Positions 38,521-50,849 of a stretch of DNA of 64,000 nt are shown one piece after another. Made by a program: the position numbers and the translations under genes. Position 1 is the stretch's first letter; every line of letters begins with the position of its first letter. Origin of the DNA: Octopus sinensis (lineage: Eukaryota); assembly GCF_006345805.1 (NCBI RefSeq), contig NC_042997.1, positions 20,708,001 through 20,772,000 on the forward strand. Reading direction: 5' to 3'. Below the pieces are notes generated by a model. That model ran no database searches, was not told the origin of the DNA, and worked only from the letters and a program-made list of their open reading frames with translations.

Positions 38521-39229
38521 ATAAGTATTTTTTTTTTGCTTTAATAGTATAGTCTTGCTTTTCATCCTTTCAGAGTTGATAAAATAAGTATCAGTCAAGC
38601 ACTGGGGTTGATGTAATTGACTAGTCCCCTTCCCCAAACTTTCAGGCTTTATGCCAGCAGCAGAAAAGATAATTTTTATTCATGGTATGTGTGAGTGTGT
38701 TACATTCCGAATCAATGTCTATCATAACAAGTCACAACCAGTTTCCTCAAATATCAAAAACTTTTCTTACTATCCTTGCTGTTATTATTATTATTATTTT
38801 AGTTATACAACTAGTCAATAAATTGTTTCTTCATAAATATAACAATTTATCTTTGCAAATAGTGACAACATTTCCCTGTTGATGTAACAGTTAGGCATCA
38901 CAGTCAAGGTGACAACACAAACTGAAGAGAGTGAACAGGAAAACAGTATCTGGGAAGAAAAATGAGGACTACTGTCAGACATATCTGTACACAACATGAG
39001 ATAAGACAGAGGAAATAGCCATAAAAGATAAAATACTGGTGAATGCATTTTGTGTTATCAAAAGGTTATTATAATTGTCATAAGAACACTGGGAAAGACA
39101 GACACATCTAACAGTTTTAAGTTTGAATATTGTAAGTGTAAAAGGCTTGAAAATTAGTATGCTAATATGGAATGCTTAAAGTTAAGAATTGCTTGTCATC
39201 TTTTATCTTTTGCTTATTATAGTCATTGA

Positions 39230-39550
39230 CCTGCAGCCATGCTGGGGCAGTGCTTTGAGAAGTTTACTTGAACAAATCAACTCCAATACTTAATTTTTAA
39301 GTTTGGTATTTATTCTCTTAGTTTTTTCATCAAACTGTTAATGTTACTGGAATGTAAACAAGCCAACACTAGGACAAAAACAAAGACACACACATATGCA
39401 GCAGTGGACTTCCTCACAGTTACCATCTATCAAATTCACTCAAAAGGCATTGGTCAGCCTGGAGCTCTAGTAGAAGATATTTGCCCAAGGTGCTGCACAG
39501 TGGGACTGAACCTGAAACCATGTGGTTACAAAGCCAGTTTCTTAAACTGC
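39230..39550 (-). mobile_element. SINE family A, degenerate
   Basis: Reverse complement of the head and tail are recognisable. Confidence 0.65.
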
Positions 39551-39899
39551 ACAAACTTGCATACACTGTAATGCCATGCCTAAATGAATATGTTGGTATT
39601 TCTAGGAATATTCTATCCAGAATGAAATACTAGTCTAATTAACAGTACTCACACACACAGAGAATCAAACAATTACACATATTTAAACACACACACACAC
39701 ACACACACATACACATGCACAATTATACATAGTTATAAACACATAATGCACACAAAGAATAGGAAACTTTCATGGCATATTTGTGTTGCAAAGAATATAA
39801 TCGATTTTTATAACAAAGTAGTGTAGCATAAAAAAATTATATACACCACTATATACATGTGTATGTACACACACACAAACACACACATACACGCATACA

Positions 39900-40310
39900 C
39901 ACATGCCATAGGAACATTACAAAATTGTCCCATAAAGTAGATGACATGTGCATATGCCACAGGCAGTGTTTGAAATGACAAGATAACAGTGTTCTGGGAT
40001 ATACCTCCATAAACCAATATAGAAGATGAAGAAAGCATCCAGAAAATACTGAAAAGCATTTGGACATGTCAAAGAATTCTGAGATATTCAAGTGAATTTT
40101 TAACACTGTTATCAGAGTAACCCTGGGAATGACAGGAAAATAGTTATTTCAAGAAACTGAGAAATATCGGAATGAAGATCTTGATAGCAGAGATGCAAAA
40201 AAACTGTCATTTTCGATTCTGCAAGAATCCTTGAAATTGAGATGACTTGTTTGTTACTAAATCTCAAGACATGGATCTGTTGACATAATCACCATGGAAC
40301 TTTGCAATAA
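39900..40310 (+). mobile_element. R4/Dong 3' remnant followed by (AAC/AAT)n
   Basis: HMPQAVFENDKITVFWD-like segment at about 39950-40000 and a …ARILEI terminus; (aac/aat)n at 40307-40372. Confidence 0.55.
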
Positions 40311-40565
40311 CAACAACAACAACAACAACAACAATAACAGCAGCAACAACAACAACGACAATAATAATAATCATGATAGTTTGAAATGTTGGCACAAGGC
40401 CAGTAATGTTTTTGAGGAAGAATTAAATCAATTACATCAATTTCAATGTTTAACTAGTATATATTTTTATCAAGTCCAAGAAATCAACCCCAGCAGAATT
40501 TGAACTTAGAACAGAGAGCCAGAAGAAATGCTGCTTAGTATTTAGTCCAATATGCTAACAAGTCA

Positions 40566-41175
40566 TATTTCTTTACTGCCCACAAGGGCTACACACAGAA
40601 GAGACAAACAAGGACAGACAAATGGATTAAGTCGATTATATCGACCCCAGTGCGTAACTGGTGCTTATTTAATCGACCCTGAAAGGATGAAAGGCAAAGT
40701 CAACCTCAGTGGAATTTGAACTCAGAATGTAGCAGCAGATGAAATACTTATTTCTTTACTACACACAAGGGGCTAAATACATAAGGGACAAACAAGTACA
40801 GACAAACGGATTAAGTCGATTATATCGACCCCAGTGCGTAACTGGTACTTATTTAATCGACCCTGAAAGGATAAAAGGCAAAGTTGACCTCAGCGGAATT
40901 TGAACTCAGAACGTAGCAGCAGAGGAAATTAAAGAGATAGACGAAATACATATTTCTTTACTACCCACAAGGGGCTAAACACAGAGGAGACAAACAAGGC
41001 CAGACAAATGGATTAAGTCGATTACATCGACTCCAGTACGTAACTGGTACTTGATTTATCGACCCCAAAAGGATGAAAGGCAAAGTCGACCTTGGCGGAA
41101 TATGGTTATGCACTTTGCCCAGCATGCTAATGTTTCTGCCAGCTCGCTGCCTTGCTAACAATTCTGCGAGCTCGA
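40566..41175 (-). mobile_element. Head-to-tail multimer of SINE family B (three units)
   Basis: tatttctttact starts at 40566, 40749 and 40951; only the last unit retains the head region. Confidence 0.85.
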
Positions 41176-41229
41176 CACTTTAACAACAACAACAACAACA
41201 ATAATAATAATAATAATAATAATAATAAA

Positions 41230-41890
41230 GTAGGAGTGACCTGAAGGTAAAAACAGAAACACATATATATATGGTATAAGATCAAGCTTTAAGGACTAAC
41301 TATGTGAAGTGCAGGATCGAGAACACTACCGACAGCAACAAAGGCAGAATGTGTGGTGAAGGGTGTGAAACGGTATGGCACATCATCAGTGAATGCCTGA
41401 GATTGGTGCAATGCAATTATAAAAGATGACATGACAATGTGACAAGAATGATCTATTGGGAGCTCTGTGAAAATCATGGCCTACAAAGAGCAAAGACGTG
41501 GTATGAGAAAACTCCAGAAGGAGTCACAGAGAACAAAGATTGCAAAATCTTGTAGGATGCAATGATCCAGAAACTAGACATTCATCAGAAACTGGACATT
41601 GTGATGGTGAATAAAAAAGAAAGAACTTGCATGATAATTGACATAGCACTTCCTAGTGACAACAGGATCAAAGAGAAAGCTGAAGAAACTGAACAACTAT
41701 GACAATTTGATGTGGGAAATACAAAGGAGAGTACATGTGATACCAATAGTAAGTGGTGCACTTGGAAGTGTCAGCACTCAACTACCAGTATTGCTCAAAA
41801 AGACTGGTGCAAACAAAGATAGAACATCTGCAAAAATCGACATTACTTGGAACTGCAAGAATTCTTCATTGGGTTCTTGAAGCATCACCA
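41230..41890 (+). mobile_element. R4/Dong 3' fragment
   Basis: Zinc-knuckle/REL remnants; KLNNYDNLMWEIQRRVHVIPIVSGALGSVS. Confidence 0.75.
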
Positions 41891-42009
41891 GTAAACAAAT
41901 GTCACCTTAGTCTGCTGACTGTGGACAGCTGACACTTTCCATCATACCCAGCAAAATATGCTGAGAGTTTTCATAAAATAATAATAATAATAATGATAAT
42001 AATAATGAC

Positions 42010-42340
42010 AACGTGTCTCTAAAAGAAATGGAGAAACTTTCAAAATACAAAGACCTGGAAATAGAGGTAACCAGAATGTGGAATCTAAAAACAGAAACAA
42101 TTCCTATCATAGTAGGTGCATTAGGCATGATAAAAATATATTCAGACAAATACATAACAAAAACACCAGGACTTACAAACACATATAACATACAGAAAAT
42201 TGCACTACTAGGCACTTCACACATCCTACGCAGAACACTTTCCATACAATAACCATCAGAGCATCACAAGTCACAGCACATACCCAAGGCACACAGAGTT
42301 GTGCTTGGTAGTGAAGAGAAAGCCCGCTATAAAAATAAAA
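42010..42340 (+). mobile_element. Well-preserved R4/Dong extreme 3' end with 3' UTR, between (AAT)n tracts
   Basis: ORF 42013-42252 SLKEMEKLSKYKDLEIEVTRMWNLKTETIPIIVGALG…IALLGTSHILRRTLSIQ; (aat)n at 41980-42008 and 42345-42430. Confidence 0.9.
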
Positions 42341-42390
<50 letters not shown>

Positions 42391-42429
42391 TAATAATAAT
42401 GATAATAATAATAATAATAATAATAATAA

Positions 42430-43255
42430 TGGTAAAAAATTCCACAGAACTGCTATTATTAGAAGAAAGAAGGTCAGGCTTGTGTAGGATTAAAGATTGC
42501 AAAGATAAAGCACTATACAAGAAATTGAAGACGAATGAAACGGAAAATAGGAGGGTAAAGAAAAGAATGCATGGGCAATTTCATAGAGATGTTGAAGATA
42601 AGACAGACAGAGAAAAAAGATGGCTGTGAATGACTAAAAGTGATTTAAAACCAATAGTTTCAAGTAGTGCCTTCTCCCATGACTCTAATCTGTTCTGCCC
42701 AAGACCAAGCACTAAGAACAAACTACATAAAATACAGAATAGACAACACAGCAGAAAATGATAAGTGCAGAATCTGTGGACAAAGTGGTGAAACTGTACG
42801 GCATATTACCAGCCAATGTATACCCCTATCCCAGAAGGAATATAAGAGATGCCACGACAATATAGCCAGGCTTGTCCATTGGACACTTTGCAACAAGTAT
42901 GGACTTGACAGAGCAAAAAATTGGTACAACCACAAACCTGAAGGCCTCGTCAAAAATAGAAATGCAAAGATCCTATGGGATTTTATGATTCAGTGCGACC
43001 ATGAGATTGAGAATAGGAAGCTAGACATAGTCTTAATTGAGAAAGAAAACAAACTATGCTGGATCATAGATATAGCATGCCCAGCTGACAACAAGGTATG
43101 TGATAAGGAAGAAAGAAAAGTTGAGAGATATGACAGGTTAGCTTGGAAAGTTAAGCAGTTGTGGTCGATGAAAAAGGTAGCAGTAGTACCAATAATTGTC
43201 AGAGCACTGGGAACAGTGAGCAAAAATCTTGAGAAGTACTTAGAACAAATAGGTG
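42430..43255 (+). mobile_element. R4/Dong fragment encoding a CCHC knuckle and REL endonuclease
   Basis: ORF 42667-43362: CRICGQSGETVRHITSQC, RCHDNIARLVHW, KILWDFMIQCDHEIENRKLDIV…IIDIACP…EERKVERY. Confidence 0.9.
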
Positions 43256-44329
43256 AGGGTTCACACTCATATGGTGAGGATCCACTCTCATACTTTAGCA
43301 CCACTATTTTTATCGTTTTCCATTTTCACCTGACCACTTTCAACCTTTGTTTGATAATATAAATTGTTGTGTAGCTTCTCCAATAGCAAGAAACCTGTTC
43401 TAATTGAACTCCTTCTCTCACTTTAAATCCTCATCCCAGAGCAATAAACCCACCACCCTCTCTACTGTGGCCATATTTAGCTGAAGAAGATCTTAGTCTT
43501 GCAAGCTGAATGCTGACCTTACTAGTGCTGATGCAAGGAAAAAAAAACACCCAGTGCACACTCTAAAGAGGTTGGTGTTAAGAAGGACATCCAGCTGTAG
43601 AAACCACACCAAAGCAGACCTAGGATCACAATGCATTCTTTGGAACCATCAAATTTTGTCAAATCATCTAAGCTATGCCAGCATGGAGCATAGTTTTTAA
43701 GTGGTGGTGGTGAGGATGATGAAAATGATGATGATGAGGCAGATGATATATGCATGTATGTATGTATGTTGTGTGTGTGTGTATGTAGAATCTATGTTAG
43801 AATTATAGAAATATTTTGGCATCACAATGCTACAAGAATGATAAAGCATAGTCAAGAATGTTACTGTGTAAATTCAGTAATGTGAGTATGAAAAAAATTA
43901 AGGGAGTTAATTTTTATGTTTGTTTAAGTATCATGTAATGGATGAATCAGCCATGTAAATTAGCTCCATGCCAACCCTTTTCAGGCTAATCTATGATCAA
44001 AGACGTTCCAACTGGGGCCATGCTATCCTTTTAGGGGAATTAAGGATATTATCTAACTTGTTCTTTTTTTCTTAAGATGGCAAGAGATTATTTGAAGGAG
44101 ATTTTACTGATATTTCTAGCAGGGTGTGTAACCACATATTAACCTCAGCAGGTTTTGAACTTGAAACATAAAAGCCCATAGCTAATTATCGTAGGTATTT
44201 TGTCTAAGGCTTAAATGATTCTGCTAGTTTGCCACATAAATAATAGGTGTGAATGAGAGAAGCAGATACTTGAAATGGTGATTGAGGCTTTGGATGAATA
44301 CGTTGTTGATGTTAGTGATGTTAGTGGTG

Positions 44330-44840
44330 GTAGGGATTGGTTTTCTAATGATAGTAATGACGACAAGGACAATAACGATGGTAGCAGTGGTGGTAGTGGT
44401 TATGGTGGTGGTGGTGGTGGTGGTGGTGGTGGTGGTGGTGGTGGTGGTGGTAGTGGTGGTGGTGGTGGTGGTGGTGGTGGTAGTGGTGGTGGTGGTGGTG
44501 TTGGTGTTGGTGGTGGTGGTGGTGGTGGTAGTGGTAGTGGTGGTAGTGGTGGTGGTGGTGGTGGTGGTGGTGGTGGTGGTGGTGGTGTAGTGGTGGTGGT
44601 GGTGGTAGTTGTGGTGGTGGTGTGGTGGTGGTGGTTGTGGTGGTAGTGGTGGTGGTGGTGGTGGTGGTAGTGTTGGCTTTAATTATAACTATGATAATGG
44701 TGAAGAGAAAGAATGATGGTAGAATAAAAGGTAAAGGATCATGATGTAATGATGATGATGGTGACGATAACGCCGCAGCCAATGATGATGATGATGACGA
44801 TGATGACAATGACGACGATGACGACGATGATGATGATCAT
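44330..44840. repeat. Long (GGT)n plus (GAT/GAC)n microsatellite
   Basis: Directly visible. Confidence 0.95.
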
Positions 44841-45654
44841 TGTGATTATGAGTTTATATATTGAATGAGTATCACAGCCAGTGTGATTTCAGCGAGGGGA
44901 AATATTTAGATTCTTCCAAAGCAAAGCAAACAAAAGGATGAGAGCATTTCACGATTCCTTATGCAGACAGTGCTAAGTTGGACAATAAAGAAAATTGCAT
45001 GTTTGAACAATTTAACAGACTTATCAGTTGTAATTGTTGATAGTATCTCGAGCTTTGCAGCAGAGGTGAAAAAGAAAATAATGGAGATTAATAGAGCATT
45101 TATGTATAAGCTTTAATATAGTCCCCATAGTTTAACACTTAGACAACAATAAGTGGATCTGATTTAGCATTCCTCAATCTAGTTATTAATGGATCTTCTC
45201 AATGCCTAATTAGATCATTTCCTTCCATTATTTGAGAATATGAAAGTATATGCAAAATGTAGCAGGAGGTCATAAGTAGTGTGTGTGTATGTATATGTGT
45301 GTGTCTGTGCATACGTGTGTGTGTGTGTATGTGTAAGAAGGGAAAATGATGGTATTTAGTTGAATGAAGCTGAAGTCGAACAGTATTCATATAATGACCA
45401 CCACAGAGTTAGCAAATTATATCTGAATTGCCTTAGTTAGAGAAATAAAGACTGGTTTTGTTGTTGTTGTTGTTGGGTGTTTTGTGTGAACAAATGGCAG
45501 AGACTGTGATATGTGATAAAGTAATTTAATTAGAAACACTATTGTCAACAATAAGTTTCACTTAACAGCCCCTGTTTCTTTCTTTCTTCTGATGCTGTTT
45601 TAAAGCATTCACCAGAAGTTCAGATATGTATAGATACTTCAGATATATATAGAC

Positions 45655-46080
45655 ACACAGTCGAACCAATTCTACTATATGGCTCAGAAACCTGGATGTT
45701 ATCAAAGAAGCTTGAGAGGTGGTTGGATAGAACTTACGCTCGCCTCCTTATGAGACCTCAAAATCTCTCGTGGAAGCGTCATCCAACCAACATACAAATA
45801 TATGGAAAACTACCACCTGTATCATCTCTTGTGAAAGGTAGGAGAATTCAGTTTGCTGGACATTGTTGTAGAGCTGAAAACGAGGCAATTTCTCTCTTCT
45901 CCTCTGGAAGCCATCTACTCGTGATACCAGAGGGTGCACACTCTCCTACCCTGATGTAATCTCCAGGGATACAGGCATCCAGCAACAGGACCTCTGTAAT
46001 GCTATGATGGACCGTGAAGTCTGGCGTAGCATAGTAAATTCCATTGTCTCGATCATGGTCGAACAATGATGATGATGATA
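45655..46080 (+). mobile_element. RTE-like LINE 3' end with (TGA)n tail
   Basis: VEPILLYGSETWMLSKKLE…RRIQFAGHCCR…; tail tgatgatgatga at about 46067-46079. Confidence 0.85.
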
Positions 46081-46499
46081 GATACTTCTGCCCAGCATCA
46101 AGACTCTTAAATGTGGAGCCCAGTTGCAATAGTCTGGTCACATTGTCAGAATAAAAGTAAAAGTTATTCCTACGACATTTTTATTCCAACAAATTTGACC
46201 AGGGTGGGGAGCAAAATATGCTACAGAGATAGTCTCAAGATCTCTTTAAAATACACCAGAGTCAATACAAAGGTATGGAAGAGTTGTGATACTGAGACAC
46301 CTATCCGGTGCAGTCTCAGGTGTAAAGCAATTGAGCCGGGAGAAGACAGGTTGAGTAGAAGAGTCATCACCATCATTATCATCACCATTTAATGTCCATT
46401 GTCCATGCTGGCAGATAAGGTTCACTTAATGGCTTCTGTTTCTTTCTTTCCTTGGATTCTTACTTTTAAGGCATTCACTAGAAGTCCAGGTAGCACAGT

Positions 46500-46653
46500 C
46501 GTGACTGTGTGGTAAGAAGCTTGCTTCCCAATCATATGGTTCTGGGTTCAGTCCCCCTGTATGATACCTTGGACTCGTGTCTTCTACTATAACCTCAGGT
46601 TGATCAAAGCCTTGTGAGTGGATTTGGTAGACGGAAACTGAAAGAAGTCCAGC

Positions 46654-46700
<47 letters not shown>

Positions 46701-46945
46701 ATATGTATATGTATATATCTATGTGTGTTTGTATTTGTGTCTGTGTTTGTCGCCCCCATCATCACTTGACAACCAATGTCGATGTGTTTACATCCCTGTA
46801 ACTTAGTGGTCTGGCAAAAGAGACCGATTAGAATAAATACTAGTCTTACAAAGAATAAGTCCTAAAGTTGATTCTTTGACTAAAAACCCCTTAAAGATGG
46901 TGCTCCAGCATAGCCACAGTGAAATGACTGAAACAAGTAAAAGAA
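46500..46945 (+). mobile_element. SINE family A, full length
   Basis: Head, (TG)n and tail. Confidence 0.85.
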
Positions 46946-48497
46946 TAAAAGAAAAAAGAATAAGTATAGATGCTTCTGCCCAGTACCAAGACTCTTCCAT
47001 GTGGAACCCAGCTGCACCGGTCTGATGCGAAATCTAGAGTTGCCAGCATATTAACAAAGTAAAAACTTATTAGCCATTTCTGGATTCATCCATGAGTGAT
47101 GTAATGGTTGTAATACATATGGATAGACAAATTAATAGTTTAAAAGTTCTAAAGTCAACTGAAACCATCACTGTTGCAATAAAATTATAATTACCACCCA
47201 CCACATTTAAACATAACTTTGTTATTTTCATTATCAGAAGCACCATTATCATTATCCTCACCACCATAATTAACACAGCAGCAGTAACAACACCAACAAC
47301 AATATTATTACCTTCATTATCAGTTTATCGTCCTTATCATGATTATTTCTATGATTCATTCTGCTCCCCAATTGTTATTTGATGTAACATTACAGATCAC
47401 TGAATTTAATAAGCATTAGGCAATGTTCTGAAATTAGAATCCATTTAATTAGTAACTAAATGCAGCAGTACTAAATAAATTTACTTTAAGCATGAATGAC
47501 TCCACATAGTTTGAAAAGTCATTAAAATATTTCCTCAGAAGTGTTAAACTGACACATTTTAGGAAGCTATTCAAAGAACCAGTCTTTATCCATGCAAGAT
47601 TAAATTTCATATCCTATTTCATAAGATTTCATGCACCCTCTATCATTAGAGGCAAAAGCTTCTCATAGAGCAATTCTTCTGATGTGAAATGGAGAAACAT
47701 GTTAATTTCAATAATCTTGTTAAATATCTTCATTGAAGACTGAAGATCCTTAGTTCAAATATTTCACGTGCAACATCAGGTTAATTTCATTTCAAAATAT
47801 CTATCCTCCTAATTTGCTAATTTAGTTACCTCAGAAACTGTCAATTTAGCATGGCTGCCTGGTCAATGTTTGTGAAAAGTGATGGATGTCCAGTGCAGTG
47901 CCTTCAAGTTGGTGCAGAGTAATTGTAACTTCAAGAGAATGTCAAAGATTTAAATCAATATCTATGAACTAATATTCCTTAATATTATCTAAAGTTTAAA
48001 TATGGTAGTTGTAAATAAGGTTATACATTAAAACACCTATATGCTATGCTTCAAGTACTTAAAATATTTTCTGATTCTAAAGTCTCAACAATTACATCTA
48101 AATGCAAATAAAAACTTTTTATTGAGAACACTTAGATTTAGAATCAAACCAAGGTAAAGATTACATATTGGATGGGTTATTTATTAGATTAGTTTGGCAT
48201 TTTTTCAGTATATAATTAACAATAACTAGATCTAGGATAATAAATCATTCACGGAAAAGTCATGAAGCCAAACTCTGTCTTTTATCATTATATGTAAAAA
48301 GAAAGTCCTTCTACTAAACTTGGTTTATTTGGATAGAAGTGCAGGTCAAATTTTACACTTTTATAGCTAGCATTTAAGAAGGCCAGCTTTTGAAACATCT
48401 AAACAAATGAATCCCACTACAGCATAAATAAAATATTGCTGACAATTTTATGTTGTTTTCCTTCACACTTCTACTTAAGTTTATATGTATGTATGTA

Positions 48498-48540
<43 letters not shown>

Positions 48541-48663
48541 AGGTAAAGTTCAATTTATCCTTTACTTTGGAGGGTTCCAAAGGGGTGATTTCTAGCAAAG
48601 ATTCTTCATATTTTGTTGGTGTAAGATTTTTGTGAATATGAAATTATTATATGTATAAGGTAT

Positions 48664-49880
48664 GAGATGAGAATTTATAGACAAGTATCCCATAGAAACT
48701 CAACAGACTGTTAAGGATGGAGAAGAGAAGATGTTAAAATTTTAAAAAAGAATTTTAATACATGCATACGATCGTTTCGAACAGCAATATTAACATGTAA
48801 GTAACATGGTAGAATAATTAGAAATTAATTAAATTAAATTAAATTAAATTAATTAATTACATACATTTATTACTATTGACTTCCCATTTCTTTTATGCAT
48901 AACTAGATTCTCAGCTCTTATTCTATCTTTTTATTAGTTATACAAAAACATAGTCAACCCACCAAATACCAATAATTATTTTTTTTAAAAACATCCTTAC
49001 GACTATGTCTCAGCTTTATCTCCCCTACATTGTGTATTTCTTTGTTTTTCAAATACCTTAAATTTTCATTATCCTGAAACGGTTTTATTCAATATTTTTA
49101 GCCACAGCAAGTATTTACTTTCTTAATTTCTATACTTCTATTTTTATTTGTTTATCTTATATTTAATTCACACAAATGAATATATGTTTTTACACGTAAA
49201 TAATTTTTTTCCCATTATATAGAGCTATTCTCTAATTAACTCCATTTGTAATGAAAACTACATTAACTAGTTTTCATTTCTTTATTCTTGCACAGATTTT
49301 TTTTTTCTTAAAAATAACTTCTTTATATATACACCATACCTTATATTACCTATATAACTTATAACTGTCAAGTCATAAACTGATTCAAATATAACTATGC
49401 TGTCCCATTGGACCTCTCTATCTCTCTTCCTTGATAAATGCTTTATTTGGAGTGTATATTAATTAAATACTTATTTTTATTTAGAGGGAAGGTTTCTTAA
49501 ACATCTTTCACTTATATATTCAAATAACCATCAGCCACATCAGTTCTAGTTCTTTCACAACTAGACTCAACAAAAACATTTTTTTTGAGTATGCTCATGA
49601 TCTTTGATAAGGATGAAATATGTATATCAGAATATGTTATTTACTACTTCCTTCATCAAGCCTCCTGTAACAATAACAATAATCTTTTGATGCATTCCTT
49701 TTCTGCACAGAGGAAAACAGTAATATGTAATTAATTAATTAATTAAATTTAATTTAATTTAATTTAATTAATTTCTAATTATTCTACTATGTTATTTACA
49801 TGTTAATATACATCGTCTCTTCTCCATCTTTAACAGTCTGTTGAGTTTCTGTGGAGTACTTTTCCATAAATTCTCATCTC
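48664..49880. repeat. Inverted repeat pair (arms 48664-48860 and 49727-49880) around an 866-bp T-rich spacer
   Basis: gagatgagaattt…aaactcaacagactgttaa.gatggagaagag…tagaataattagaaatt(aatt/aaatt)n versus its reverse complement; the left arm has an extra segment of about 50 bp. Confidence 0.8.
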
Positions 49881-49884
49881 TTAA

Positions 49885-50225
49885 ATCAATGGAATTTGCA
49901 GTTGTTATACTAGTGCCGGTGGCACGTAAAAGAACCATTCGAACATGGTCATTGCCAGTGCCGCCATGACTGGCCTCCGTGCCGGTGGCACGTAAAAAGC
50001 AACATCCAATCGTGGCCATAGCCAGCCTCGCCTGGCACCTGTACCAGTGGCACGTAAAAACCACCCACTACACTCACAGAGTGGTTGGCGTTAGGAAGGG
50101 CATCCAGCTGTAGAAACACTGCCAGATCAGACTGGATTGTTACAGCCTCCTGGCTTCCCAGACCCCAGTCAAACCGTCCAACCAATGCTAGCATGGAAAG
50201 CAGACATTAAGCGATGATGATGATG
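49885..50225 (+). mobile_element. RTE 3' UTR with about 67-bp repeats and (GAT)n tail
   Basis: Reverse complement of the 11020-11550 family. Confidence 0.8.
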
Positions 50226-50339
50226 ATATATACAGGATACAAAGAAGCACATTCCACATTCAATTGCCTGGTCAATGCAGTCATCATCATCATCATTATC
50301 ATCATCGTTTAACGTCCGCTTTCCATGCTAACGTTATAT

Positions 50340-50493
50340 TAAAATAATTAAGGGTTGAGCAACAAGTTTCTAAACCCTTAATTATATTTATATATAAAAA
50401 GACTTTTTGTAAAAGTTCCTACTGATAATGGTTCTCTTTACATACCGAAACTACTTGGTAAAATTTATTAATTTTAAATTAATAATTATTTAC

Positions 50494-50500
<7 letters not shown>
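50340..50500 (+). mobile_element. Short AT-rich repeat abutting (TA)n with a hammerhead-like motif
   Basis: CTGATAA-t-GGT…ACC-GAAAC at 50422-50451; 13-bp inverted repeat ataattaagggtt/aacccttaattat nearby. Confidence 0.4.
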
Positions 50501-50542
<42 letters not shown>

Positions 50543-50799
50543 TCATCATCATCATTTAACATTTACTTTTCTATGCTTGCAAGGGTCAGATGGAATTTGT
50601 TGAGGTAGATTTTCTATGGCCAGATGCCCTTCACCAATCCTCACCTGTTTCCATGTAGGGTAATATTTTACATAGATTATGTTTTCATTGAAGTCTGTAA
50701 ATCAACATCCTCACTTGTATGATGGTGATGCTCATTTACAACAATCATACAATGTCTAGGCAAGGGTACATACCAACATATATCATGCACACACATATT

Positions 50800-50849
<50 letters not shown>

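Noticed and set aside
44275-44809. Gly-rich or His-rich protein ORFs
   Set aside because: Pure (GGT)n microsatellite, with no splice or codon evidence.
44870-44892. miR-2-family-like start TATCACAGCCAG
   Set aside because: Only the first 12 nt match and there is no complementary 5p arm upstream (at most 7 bp of pairing); the segment folds on itself instead.
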